Position numbers and translations under genes: made by a program. A stretch of DNA of 64,000 nucleotides from Podarcis liolepis (taxonomy: Eukaryota): assembly GCA_965112155.1 (NCBI GenBank), contig OZ218113.1. The stretch is one strand, 5' to 3'. Positions within the stretch are counted from its first letter, which is position 1; every line of letters begins with the position of its first letter. A model generated the notes under the pieces. The model did not search any database and was not told the origin of the DNA. It saw only the letters and a list, made by a program, of their open reading frames with translations. Of this stretch, positions 1-11,800 are shown in pieces.

Positions 1-57
1 GCCACAAGGGCCCACCATGGGCCAGAATGACTCACGTATGACTGGCAGATCTCTGGC

Positions 58-391
58 ACAGGCATGGGGAACTTTTTTCAGTTAGAGGGTTGCATACCCT
101 TCAGGGAAACCTTTTAGGGACCACAGACCTGTGATAAGTAGGGCCCAAACCCAAAGTGGTGGAGAAATAAATGTAAATTTTACCTTTTGCAATAGAGTAG
201 CTTCTATGCACCCCTGTCCTCCAGCAAGCAGCATTATTAAAGCTCAAGGGAATACTCCAGCCAGCCTAAATATGGAAATTGGATATGACAGAAGGGTGGT
301 GAAGGGTTGGTGTAGGGAGAGTCTTAAGGGCCAGGTTAAGTGGTGCTTGAGGGCCATATTTGACCCCTTAACCTGATGTTTCCCCTCCCTG
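58..391. mobile_element. Degenerate hAT-type non-autonomous DNA transposon
   Basis: Imperfect TIRs CAGGCATGGGGAAC ... GTTTCCCCTCCCTG; related sequence near 62089-62540. Confidence 0.5.
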
Positions 392-1017
392 CTGCAGCAG
401 AATGTTACTTGGACGATAGCTCAGTAATGTTAACCACCTATATATTTGCTTTACATAGGAGTTCTCCTGCTGGAATATGCTGCCAGGCCGAATGCATCAG
501 CCACAGACATCTATACTGCTCAGAGGTATTAAATAAGCTTAGTCCATCCTCCAAAGCAATTTCTGAGATGGCACAGACATATTCATATTTTTAACTGCTT
601 AAGAAAGGGGGGCAGTCCTGGAATGCTGAAAGTCAGTGCAGCTGTCAAGGCTGAAGAGAAGCAGTTTAGATCAGACAACCTCTCATACGGCTCTAGAGAG
701 CCAGGCTGTATGCATGTAGGGAAGCAAGAGAGGGACATAGTGAGAGGACAGAGCTGTGTGATATTGGTGGGAGGCGGTCAACTCTCACATAAGCATTTCA
801 GAGTGGTCAGTCAAATCTATCCAGTAGCCTGCCCTGTACTATTTGGTTTTCTAAAGGGACCACATGTGCCTTGTGATCATTAGGCTCCAGAACATGGGTG
901 GCAGAGCAGATGGTCTCAAATCTCTTCACTAAATATAAATATTAAATGTTGATGCTTATGCCGAAGAGATATTTAGTTTCCAACATACATCAGGGCAGTT
1001 TCCTGCAAACCTTTAGC

Positions 1018-1140
1018 CAGTTGGGAAATCTATGGCCCGCCATAAGTTGTTGAACTAGGACTCCCATCAGCCATGCTGACTGAGGCTGATGGGAGATGTA
1101 GCTCAGCAACACCTGGAGGGCCATGGGTTCACCACCTCTG
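1018..1140. mobile_element. Older copy of the palindromic hAT MITE family (further degenerate copies at about 17544-17675, 18447-18550, 33640-33741, 41580-41712, 44968-45136, 54207-54330, 55248-55370)
   Basis: Shared motifs gatgttgttg.actacaactccca ... tgggagttgtagt...acatctggaggg; coordinates approximate. Confidence 0.7.
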
Positions 1141-1912
1141 CTTAATGCAGTAGGAGAATAATTGTTGGGTTTAAAGTTTAAAACCAGATTTCCAGTTTAA
1201 ATCAGTTGTACACGAAGGGCTTGCTGCAACTCTTACAGATGGTGTCACCAAGACATGTGCCCTGTGGACAGTGAAGACAAAGCTGGGTCTTATAGCACTG
1301 GAGCAGCTTCTCTGGATACTTCCTTGGTTTATGACAAACACCCAGTTCTGAAAGGAAGACTGTAAGAAGGAAGGCAGAAGAGATGCCATGCACTATCCTG
1401 GAATAAAGAAGTTAGTGGGGACAGAGACAGTTCTGATAGAATTAAACATGGTATTGCTTACCCTGAAATAAGCTGGCAAAGACTGCAGTAAATAAAAGTA
1501 GAAATTTGAGAAACAAACAGCCTTTGTCACAAAACACTGCATTCAAGTGTGTGCATTCAACTCCTTTCAATTAATAATTTTTAACAGCCATGAGGATATG
1601 GAAAGGAGTGTATGAGCCCAAGTCTGGATGCAATCCATGGCTGCAAGTCACAGTTGAACAGATCCCCAAGTTACTCTTTGTGCCTCTACCTTAATGACAT
1701 ACAGGTATGTTATGACCACTCAGCATAATCAACTTCTAGCTCATTATGGAATACAAACCAAACCTGACCTGTAAGGACAGTGGCATTGTGTCAAAAGGTT
1801 TGGAATGTGGCTCCTCCATTGGACACCTGCTTAGCTTCCAGTTACATTTTATGTACACTTGTCAAGAAACACACACAAAGATAGTAACAGGGCTAAATGA
1901 TATAGGTTACAA

Positions 1913-1916
<4 letters not shown>

Positions 1917-1949
<33 letters not shown>

Positions 1950-1964
1950 CGCGCGCACACACAC
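1917..1964. repeat. (GT)n-(GC)n-(AC)n alternating purine-pyrimidine tract
   Basis: Directly visible. Confidence 0.9.
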
Positions 1965-2535
1965 CCCAACTAATAAGTTCTGAAGGCTCTGTCTTTGCTC
2001 ATATAACTGCTGCAAACCAGAGACCCCATTTAAACCCTAGGAACCTTTCCAATTTGCAATCACTTAGGCTGCAACCCCAAAAGCTGTAGGTGGTTTCAGA
2101 AGAAAATCCATGGAATTAATTCGATGGGAAGCCACTTTATCCAGGCATATGGGTGTAGCTGCTCCTAATGAACCACAAAGGAATCCAGGGAGTGGCAGCT
2201 CAAAGTAGCCTCACCACACAGACCAAAGATTACAGGCCAAATGTTCATATCAAGTCTCACCCACTTGCAAAATGGTTTGCACAGGCATGTCTTTCCAGAG
2301 AGTGCGATGGAGCTCTCAGAGGGGATGACAGAGAAGGCTATAAACATGGAGATTCTTGCCAAAACAGATCAGCTAAAAGAAAAGTGCTAGGAAGAGCTCT
2401 AGTTTTATTGTGGGATACTTAGCTGGGTTGCTTAAAGGGAGTAAGGAGAAAGAAATTTGTAGCAGATTTATATTGTAAACTGGGATATTTATATGGTAAG
2501 CTGGGAGCGCAGGAAAAGTCATAAATGCTGTAGAT

Positions 2536-2673
2536 CAGCGGTTCTCAACCTGTGGGTCCTCAGATGTTGTTGGACTACAACTCCCATCATCCCTGAGCTC
2601 TGGCCTTGCTAGCTAGGGGTGATGGGAGTTGTAGTTCAACAACATCTGGGGACCCACAGGTTGAGAAAGGCTG
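2536..2673. mobile_element. Palindromic hAT (Charlie-like) MITE
   Basis: Nearly fully self-complementary 138 bp element with a perfect 8-bp TSD CTGTAGAT (2528-2535, 2674-2681). Confidence 0.88.
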
Positions 2674-3124
2674 CTGTAGATCTTACCTACTGCCTGCCAC
2701 TGAGATAGTGAACACACCTCAAGCAGAATACCCAATTGGTGATGCAGTGTTCTCTTCTTGTGTGAGTAATGAGGGATGTAGCTGTGTAGTACACCAGTGT
2801 CTCTCATAGCTCGTGCATTTGGTACAACACAGTGTGTGCGTATATATACGTGAGAAGGTTTTGAAAGGTTTTTTGGTTGCTCTTGCCTAGGAACAGGAAG
2901 AAGCATAAGCAACAGGAGGAGGGGCATCTCATACTAGTGAAACCCTCAAGAGGTCAACTTGCTTCCAAAGGCAAACAAGGCTCTGTGCCGCTGCTGCTGC
3001 TGCTGCCACCACCACCCTGCCCAAACCAGTGATAAGGAAAAAAGGGACGACGTAGCAGCACATTTCTCCAGCTTACGGAAGGGTGGGGCAGTTAAAAAAG
3101 TAGGAAGTGGGTCAGCAAGTGCTC

Positions 3125-5682
3125 CCGTGCAAAACTCTAAACTTTATTCACTTTTATTTATATATTTAACAATTCTAAAGTATTTATGTCTTGCTCTTGA
3201 CAAAAGAAAATTGAAAAATATAAAGGAGCAACTTTGCGCTCCTCTGCAGGAGAGAAGAGTTTTATATATACACAGCTATCTGGCGAGAGTGTCCTGCTTT
3301 ACATACAAAGAATAAAATATTAATAAAAAAGTGCTTCATTGATCAAAAAGACTAAGAGCTGCAAGCGTTTATTCACACTGTACATCACAGACACGCCCCC
3401 CCCCAAACCCGTATCAGAACCTCTTGGCACCTGTCATTATGAACTGCAGAATATTAGACCTTGTTTTCACCATCTATTTGTACCATTAAAACCACACTGC
3501 CACAGTGCGCAACACAATTATGCTTTTCCTTCAAAAATCATCTCTCTATTCACCCACTTTAATGGATAAGTACAGATAAACTCCATTTACTCCATTGCAA
3601 TTCCCACCTCTATTAAAAAAAGAGTGCTATGCATCTTTGCTGCATACTCCCATAACATTTAATTTTATATTAAAAATCCAAAAGCCAAATTAGAGCCAGA
3701 CTTTGTATTGCCCGTTCTCCCAGCTGGAAGAAAGGAGGAGTACAAAGAAGCTACATACATCCCCAAGCTGCCTTAAAAGGTGCAAAGTCTCTTCCTATGT
3801 CTCTTGGAAACACTTGATTTTCATTCCCAAATGCTTCCCATGTATGACTGTGTTGTAATCAACACACACACACCTTTTCACCGAGAACATGGAAAGAAAC
3901 AAAAGTTTGCTGACAGGGCTTTCTTCTATTGGGTATTCCAATACACTCGAAAACTTCACTTTAGAAGGCATTGCCCTATCTTGGCAATAGGTAACTTCTA
4001 ACTTTGCAATCTCTTCGGAAGATTGGTTAGCTTATTACACCACTGCTGCTGGAGTCTCTCTTCTTCCTCCATGCTGCTATTAATACACAGCCTCCCTTGG
4101 TATGGTTGGAGGGCTTTACTGGCAGTGCCACACATTCCCCACAGTTGCTGGCTGGGGTACAGTTGCCCACAATGTGTAAAAGCCACAGGAAGATCAGTGC
4201 TGCCTACGAACTTGTGCCATGAGGAAGACATCTCAAGCTGAGGCAGTTTCAAGTGGTGGCAGCCGTGTGATAAGGGAAACATGTTCAGTTGTCAAATTCT
4301 ACAGGCTGGGGCAGAGGAAGATAGAGGCATGTCACTACTTGGTGGAATATTTAGGCAGAAGCTGCTTCAGCTTCCCCTAGCAAATGAATTGCAGAAAAAA
4401 ATGTACTTTCACACCCACCAACCAAAACCTATAAGTGTTTTTTTGTTGGCAGGGTTGGGTTGGCAAGACGATATTAAAATAAAAATAGGAGGACTCAAGA
4501 CTCTTCATAGCACAGCAGCAGAAAAGTGATTTTAATGTAAGGGGCACATTTTCGTTTTAGATGAGTTGTATCTTTACATACATATCTTTGGGGGGGCAGT
4601 TGTTAAAATGCCCTAGTTTGGGGTCCTTGGCCAACCAGTTTTCACTGACTCTCCTGTGCAGAAATAAACCCAATAAATCAAAGCCACCCCCCATTTGCTT
4701 TGGGGTTCTCCTTGTGAGAGGGGGAGCCTGGCCAAAAGTATTATTTGACTTTGCATGCAGCCTTCCCAGTGCAGCGAAGCAGCTCTGCCTTCTGTGTAAA
4801 CTATCTTTTTTTAAGAAGAAAAAAGTGGGGGCAAGGATAGCATTTTAACAGCTAGTAATAAGCCCAAACACCAGTTCCTTCAAAACAAATTGCATGTACA
4901 AGAGTCTTCCAATGAGGTGCCAGTTTAAAAATACAACCCTGAACAGGAATGGTCTGTCCAATCCCCCTTCCCTCTCACTTCCCTCAAACAAGCGTACACT
5001 TTCTTTAGCCAAAGTGGTCCAGGCATTGCCTACCTTGAGCCACAAGTCTGCCAACATCGGCAAAGGACTGCCCAACGTGGAGATCTGCAACCCACTCCGC
5101 CCCCCCCCTTGCGCCTGCCCTTTCGTGCAGCAAGGATAACTAAGCCCACTCTAAGAACAGAGAGGGAGAGAGGTTTTTTTTTTGAGAAGGCAGCTCCCAT
5201 TTCTTCTAGCAGCAACAACTTCCCAAACAGCAGGTTGCTGTTGGGAAGCAACAGGAGTGACTGGGAAAAAAGAAAGCATAAGCACTGACGCTACAAGGTA
5301 TTCACAAGGTCTCTGGACCGATTTCCCTTCCTCTCACAGCAAGGTAGAATCATCCGTCTGCAGCACAGTTCCGACAGCAGGGCAACAGAAATGCCAGCGG
5401 GGAAGATTCCAGACCCTCTTTTTGTCGTCTTCCAGCAAAATCCACACAAAATTTACATGAGGTGGATGAAAATGACACTGGGAGGAACAGCTGGAAAGGA
5501 GGGGTTTCTGCTCCACCAATACAGGCCCAGCCTCCTGTCCCTCTGAGCATCTCTCCTCCCGACTCCAGAGTGCAAGGCTTCTCTCCAGTCCTACCAGCTT
5601 CAGTCAGCAGAGAAATGTGCGTATCTGCTTAGCAGGGAGAGGTGGTGCTGTCTCTTCCCAGCTTTCCTTCCACGCTGGAGCC
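3125..5682 (-). other. MTMR3: MTMR3 3' UTR (about 2.55 kb; end approximate)
   Basis: Stretch with no recognisable TE from the stop codon to tandem AATAAA; AU-rich distal end. Confidence 0.7.
3143..3158 (-). terminator. Tandem polyadenylation signals AATAAA-agtg-AATAAA
   Basis: Plus-strand tttatt at 3143-3148 and 3153-3158. Confidence 0.7.
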
Positions 5683-5854
5683 TCAGTTTGAGGTGGCAGC
5701 AATAGGTTTGTCCAATTCGAGGTCAAGGCTGGGGCTACTGGGATGCAAGCTGCTGTAGCAGGATTTGCAGACCCGGCTGGGTTCGAAGAGCTGCTGGCTG
5801 GGGACCGGCACCTTCTGGTTACAGCAGCTGGAGCAAAAGACATTCCCACAATTC
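5683..5854 (-). CDS. MTMR3: MTMR3 last coding exon NCGNVFCSSCC...RVCKSC...PIAATSN*
   Basis: tgaag| acceptor; RVC FYVE motif; TGA at 5685-5683. Confidence 0.97.
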
Positions 5855-8800
5855 CTTCAGTCAGGAACAGGAAGAGAAGAAATTACAGTAAATTTGCAAC
5901 TCAGGAATGCAGTTTCCACAACAGTACATGTCTTAAGTTGGTGCTTGCAGAAAAAGGTTAAGGGGGGGGGGGGGAGCCTTTGGACTAGTTGCCAAAGAGC
6001 AGCTTGGGTGGAAGAGGGTTAAGTTCTTTCCCCCCTGCAAGCTGCAGTGGGGGTCAGAGCGCCACGGGATGATGATGTCTGCTATGATGCCAGCCCAGAA
6101 ATGGTGATCTGGAGGGGTGAAAAGAGCCTGTAACCGAGCCACAAATTTCTTTCGTGCCTATCTTCAGTGCAATGGAACACTTCAGCTATGTCTCCGTCTG
6201 CTCCTGGCTGTTGCTTCCCAAAAAGAAGTTAACTAGAATCGAGCCTTGAAGACTGGCAAGCCAGTCAACTCCTCCCCCCAAAAGAAAAAAGCCTACATAA
6301 GCCAGAAGTGAGCCGGCTGCAGCTCAAGGGAACTACAGCGACACTGTCTTTCAGCACAAAGAAAATGTGAGTCCATGGGGACCATGCAAAGCCACGCAGT
6401 GAGCAGCCAGAAAAGATGCAGCCCACATACTGAGTGAATGAGGGATGCAGCAGCTGACACATCTGTCAGTTGTCAGTCACAGCAGGGCCATAACAGCACA
6501 TGCATCTTGGGGCAGGGATGGGGTCCTGCGTGCAACTAGAACCCCACAACCCCCCACTTCTGATCTCAAACCTGCTTTCCCCCAAATGCAGCTCTGAGCA
6601 GCATAAGCGGACAAGGTCCCTGGTTCATAATCTTTTACTTGCAGATATAGGCAAGCATTAGGTAAGAATTGTTTTGCACCTCACTACAGGTGCCTTGAGG
6701 TTGGCATAAACAAACATAGAAGGTTTAATCTGCTCTTCTCCAGTAGCTTAATAGTGGGAGATAGGAGGCAACTGGCTTTATATAAAGAGTTCGTGCCAGG
6801 TGTGGTTTTTCTTTATGTTAACTGTCGATGTAACAAGCAAAGGGAAACATTTTTCATCTCACAAACTTTCATATTTCTAGCATGGCAAAGCAACCTCTAG
6901 ATATCACTCACTCAGGGCTAGACTTGGGCTGGTGATTTGGAAGTCTTCTTATGGACTCCAATAGACACTGCTATCAGAGAGAACAGCAGGAGTGAAAACA
7001 ACAAGGCAGTGAAGACAGACCACTCTATGAAAAAGCCATTCGAATGCCCTCACAGTGAAGATTCTGAAAGGGTGAGGGTTCACAGCCCGACCTAGCTGCC
7101 AAGAGAAGACTAAATATTTCCTTTCAAGAGAAACTCCTGGACATTGTGCAAAAGAGAGACTATCTGGAATTTTCTGCCTAGGTATATCTGTTCAAATCTC
7201 ACGCAAAGGGATCACTTAGTCCCTAAGCAGGTTCTTATATGCATTTCAGGATTTTTGCCAGACTCTTGGCCCTCAGTGTCAAAGTCATGTTCCTTCTCAG
7301 GGACTCTACTCCACCTGGCTAGCAGAGGAGACCCTAATGCTCACGCTGCCTTGCCCCTCACTCAGTGACCATTAGCCCACAATTAAGGCTTTTTTCACTC
7401 TTGTGCTATTTCAGAAGTGATTGGTAAGGTTCTCTCCGTGTACTGCTCAAGAACTCCCCAACAGCTGCCAGCTCTCTGTAATACCAAATTCAATGGGAAA
7501 AGGCCAAAATAATGTGTTGGTTTCTATATACCAGTGGTGGCAGGTGTGGAGAAGTAGAGCTGCTCTCCTGATACTGGTGTCACTGAGGCTTACCTGGATG
7601 GGGCCAGGGCAGGGTAGACACATTGCCTTTGCTGCAGCTCTAGCAGGTAAGCTGCAGCGATACAGGGGGTCTCCACTCCACCAAACCGGATGCTACCACT
7701 CAATACACAGAAATTGCCTGCTCTTATAATTGAAATACTCATTGCAGATAAGCCACTTGCATGTTAGCCAAAGATGCAGTATGAAACAAAAAGTCTTATT
7801 AGTAGAACGTGAAAAGAGGCCCACAGACCTCAATATCCAACTGGGCTGCTACCATTCGTCTTTGGTGTAATGATTTATGGGCAAGAGGAGTGCAGGGGAG
7901 GGAGTCAAAGGTTAGTTTGAAGAGGTTATTGGAGAAGTGCAAGCAGACAACAGAGGCTGTTCCAAATGCTCACCAAGTCTGATCAACACGGTCAGGGTCC
8001 CTGCAAGGAGGGGAGAAAAAGCTCAGAGGGGAGACTAAATCAGAGGATTTGTGGGTTTTCCCCCAGAAATGGCAAGGTGAGACCACTGTCTTTTCCTGCT
8101 AGCCTGAAAGAAGGTCATATACAGCTATGTTTTAAATAAAAAATGTTAGTGTGCTGTGAGAAATGAAGTTAAATGGCCCCTGCGAGCCCAACAATGGCCC
8201 AGCAATGGAAGAGGCTGTCCCTGCTGCATCTCTGCATGGTATCTTTCTTCGGACCCACCTTCCTCCAATCAGCAGGCATGGCAAGAACACGTGCAGAAAC
8301 ACAGTCCATGGCCTCCACTGAGAAACATCATTTCTTATTGTAGAAAATAAACTGGTTTGGGTTTTTTGTTGTTGGTGGTGATGTGGTTGGTGGGGGGGTT
8401 GGTGGTGGTGAAGAGATATGAGGCACATGCCTCTGATTTTAATATAAAATAAAGAGAGCCACAGAAATCAGACTGGGAAACATAATTTAACTATTGAGGA
8501 AATGGACATGGCACACACTGTCTCAAGATGGATCAAATCTCAAAATCGGCGCCTACTTGTTCTTTGGAAGCCTTCTCAGCTAAGAAGTCTTGACACAGCA
8601 AGAAGATGAAGAAATTGAATGGGACATTTCCAACATTCTCCAAAGCTGCTGTTCTAACAGACTTCAGCACAAAGCAGAGGACCTCTGTGTATGAGGTGAT
8701 TTAAACATTTGCTCAAAGCAGAAAATGCAGTGTAAAAGGATGAGCATGGGCCAGGTGCTAAACTGGCAGAGTAAGCCCAGGAATATTTTTCTAAAAGGGG

Positions 8801-11800
8801 GGGGGGGGTATTGGTGCTGCTGCTTGACTGGAAACAAAACAAGTTAGTGAGAAAGTTTGAGACAAGCAAACCCACTAAAAAAGGCTGCGGTGCTTCATTG
8901 GTAAGGGAGGCCTTGTTGGCAGCGCTATACCCGACTGCCACCTGGCTGGTGCTGACCCATGACAGGGCCTTCTCAGTGGTGGTTCCCCAGTCGCAGAATT
9001 GCCCTCTTGGGTGAGATGTGCCTGTCTTCCTCATTACTGACTTTAACTTTCCCCTGAAACACATTCCTGGTTACCCAAGGCATTTGATGGCTAAAAGATG
9101 CTGGCCATGGCAATCTTGAAATTAGGCTTTAGTGACAGCTTTTAAATGTTTTACATTTAATTATTTTATATGTGTGTTTTAAAAATTTATTTTAAATTGC
9201 ATTGCTTTAATGTTTTGATGTTTGCAACTTTGGGCATTTTTGGGAGGAAGGGCAGGATCCAAGACTGCAGGTGTAAAGCAAAAGGGTTCTGTCCCTCTTC
9301 TCAAATCACCATCAGGGGACCAAGTTTCCACAGGATTCTATGAACTGTGCATTGGTGGGAAGTTTAAGATTCATACTTAAGCCCCAGTGCAAAGCCACCG
9401 GTAAATCTGACCTCCTAACAACTCTCTGCCCCCTTAAGAAATTACAGTTCCTATGATTATTTGGGAGAAGCCAGGAGTCTTTAAAGTGGTATACTAGTAC
9501 TTTAACTGTAAGGTGTGGAGGTGGGCTGTGTGACAAACTTTATAACACTCTTACAGCTTGTCAAAAGCTAAGCCCTTCTGACGCAAGCCATGGTGGACTC
9601 AGCAAGAAGAATGCTATGCAGTGTGTGTCTACCCTTGCTATAACACTGCCGTGTGTGGCTCTATGGTCTGACATGGGAGAGTGATCTTATCAAGGAAAAA
9701 TAAAAGGCAAAGTGCCCAGAGGCTAAAAGAAAGAGGAGCCCCTCCAGGACATGGCAGCAGAATAGCATACCTGCACCCCACACTATCCATCCTACATGCA
9801 TTACCTGCAGTGGTGCTTCCTGCTGACAAGCCAGAATGCACTGTCGCAGCCGTAACAGTGTGCAGCCAGGTGATCGGGAAGCCATCGTGTCACCTGGAAA
9901 CAGAGATGTAAAGAGAGACATAACTTTAAATACAAGCAACACGGTTTAGAAAGTAAGCAGGATACAGAGGGGAAGGAAGGAAGGAAGGAAGGAAGGAAGG
10001 AAGGAAGGAAGGAAGGAAGGAAGGAAGGAAGGAAGGAAGGAATTGTTTCTTCATCTTTGGCCAAATAACAGAAGAATATTCTAACCGAGCATCTCAAATA
10101 CCAAGTTTTCACAACCAGTGCTAAGGCCCCCAACTTTCTCTCACACTTACATAGCTAAATAAGCCAAGCACACTGACACACCATGTGTTAGTCAAGGAAA
10201 ATGCTTTCATCATTTCCCAGTGCAGGTCCAAAGGCAGAAAACTGGCAGCTATGGGGCTTCTTTGGCACAGGTACAGATTTTTAAGTATTAGAGACAACAG
10301 GGACAAAAGGGAAGAGGTTTCATGAGACCAATGTCAGAACCAAAGGGATACAGAGTAGATCCAGGTGATTAGTAGCAGGTGCCGATATAAGGAAAAGGGA
10401 GAGGAAGGCCACNNNNNNNNNNNNNNNNNNNNNNNNNNNNNNNNNNNNNNNNNNNNNNNNNNNNNNNNNNNNNNNNNNNNNNNNNNNNNNNNNNNNNNNN
10501 NNNNNNNNNNNNNNNNNNNNNNNNNNNNNNNNNNNNNNNNNNNNNNNNNNNNNNNNNNNNNNNNNNNNNNNNNNNNNNNNNNNNACCCCTCAGAACATGG
10601 ATTAGGCAGCTGAGAAGAGGGAATCCTTCTGAACCTACTGCTCAGAGATCAGATTATGGGATAGGGTGGAGAGGTGGCTTCTACCAAATTCCTCAAAAGT
10701 TCTGCAAAACAGAAAACCCAAACTCATTGCTAAAATTCAAATGTTGCCATGAGCATATCTGATATCAATATACTTTCATGGCTCATATATTTTGGAAATG
10801 ATTGGGGTGCTGATGTTATCTCTATATGGTAGATACTTGAAGAGGTGTGTGATGTGGAGCAGAAGACAGAGCTCTGTGGCATAAATACGGTGCTGCAAAA
10901 GCTCCAACAGTAAAAAATGGAGTCCCTGAACAGACAGTTTTCATTTGAAAAACTGTACGCCACGCAGAGCACCATATAATACAACCATGAAGAAAAGACT
11001 ATTTAAGCCCTACAGCAGTGGTTGTGGGGCACAGGGAATGGAGTGGGGCTTCACTAGAGCAACTGTGGGTGTACAAGCAATTTGGGAGAGGCAACAGTGG
11101 AGTGATGGAGTGGCAGCAGTGGCCAGAAGACATCCCCTTTGGGTAAAAATGGGAAGAAAATGAGAGGTAATCACAGGTACTTAGTTTCTCCTTCAGGCTT
11201 TGTCAGCTGGGGGGAAGAAGCTAGAATAAACTCTTCAGACACCCCACTTGTGCCAGCACCACAGATGCTGCTGCTCCATGGCAGCATCCTCCTGTCAGCC
11301 AAATCCCTTGGCCAGTTTCAGACAGTTTTAAGGCTGTGCAAACAAAACACTGGTTATTTTTAAAATACCAGTTTTCCAGCTACTGTGCAGTTCTACTCAA
11401 CACACAGCAGAAGTCTATGGGACAAGCCTTTCTCCTTAGGACACGGAAGGGGAAGCTTTTCGAGCCCAAGGACCACATTTCCTTCCAGGGGCCACGGGCC
11501 AGTGATGAGCAGGACTAGAAGCAAAAGTGGCCAATGGATGTGAATTTTACTTCTGCACAGTAGGATAAGCTTTATAAACACTCTCACACTCTTCTATTCT
11601 TCATCCATTCCAGTCAGATAAATACACTCAAGGAGGGTGCAAAATAGGGCAGGTGTAGCCTGGATAAAGTTCAGAGGGCAAACAGATGGGGCCTGGAGGG
11701 CTGCATTTGGCCCCTAGGGCTGAGGCTCCCCAATCCTACCTTAGGATTGTTCTATATATTGGGGTAGAAATGAAGTCTCAACTGAGGTCTTAATGTCTTC

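Noticed and set aside
1-3100. A neighbouring gene (e.g. HORMAD2 downstream, ASCC2 upstream in mammals)
   Set aside because: No recognisable exons in either flank of this window.
5604-5685. Stop-codon readthrough or C-terminal extension of MTMR3
   Set aside because: Context is TGA-GGC, not the TGA-CTAG readthrough motif; ORF 5604..5849 is in a different frame.
9955-9969. Plus-strand AAGCAGGATACAGAG translates KQDTE, the end of the missing cassette exon
   Set aside because: Wrong strand, only five codons, and the match does not extend; most likely coincidence.
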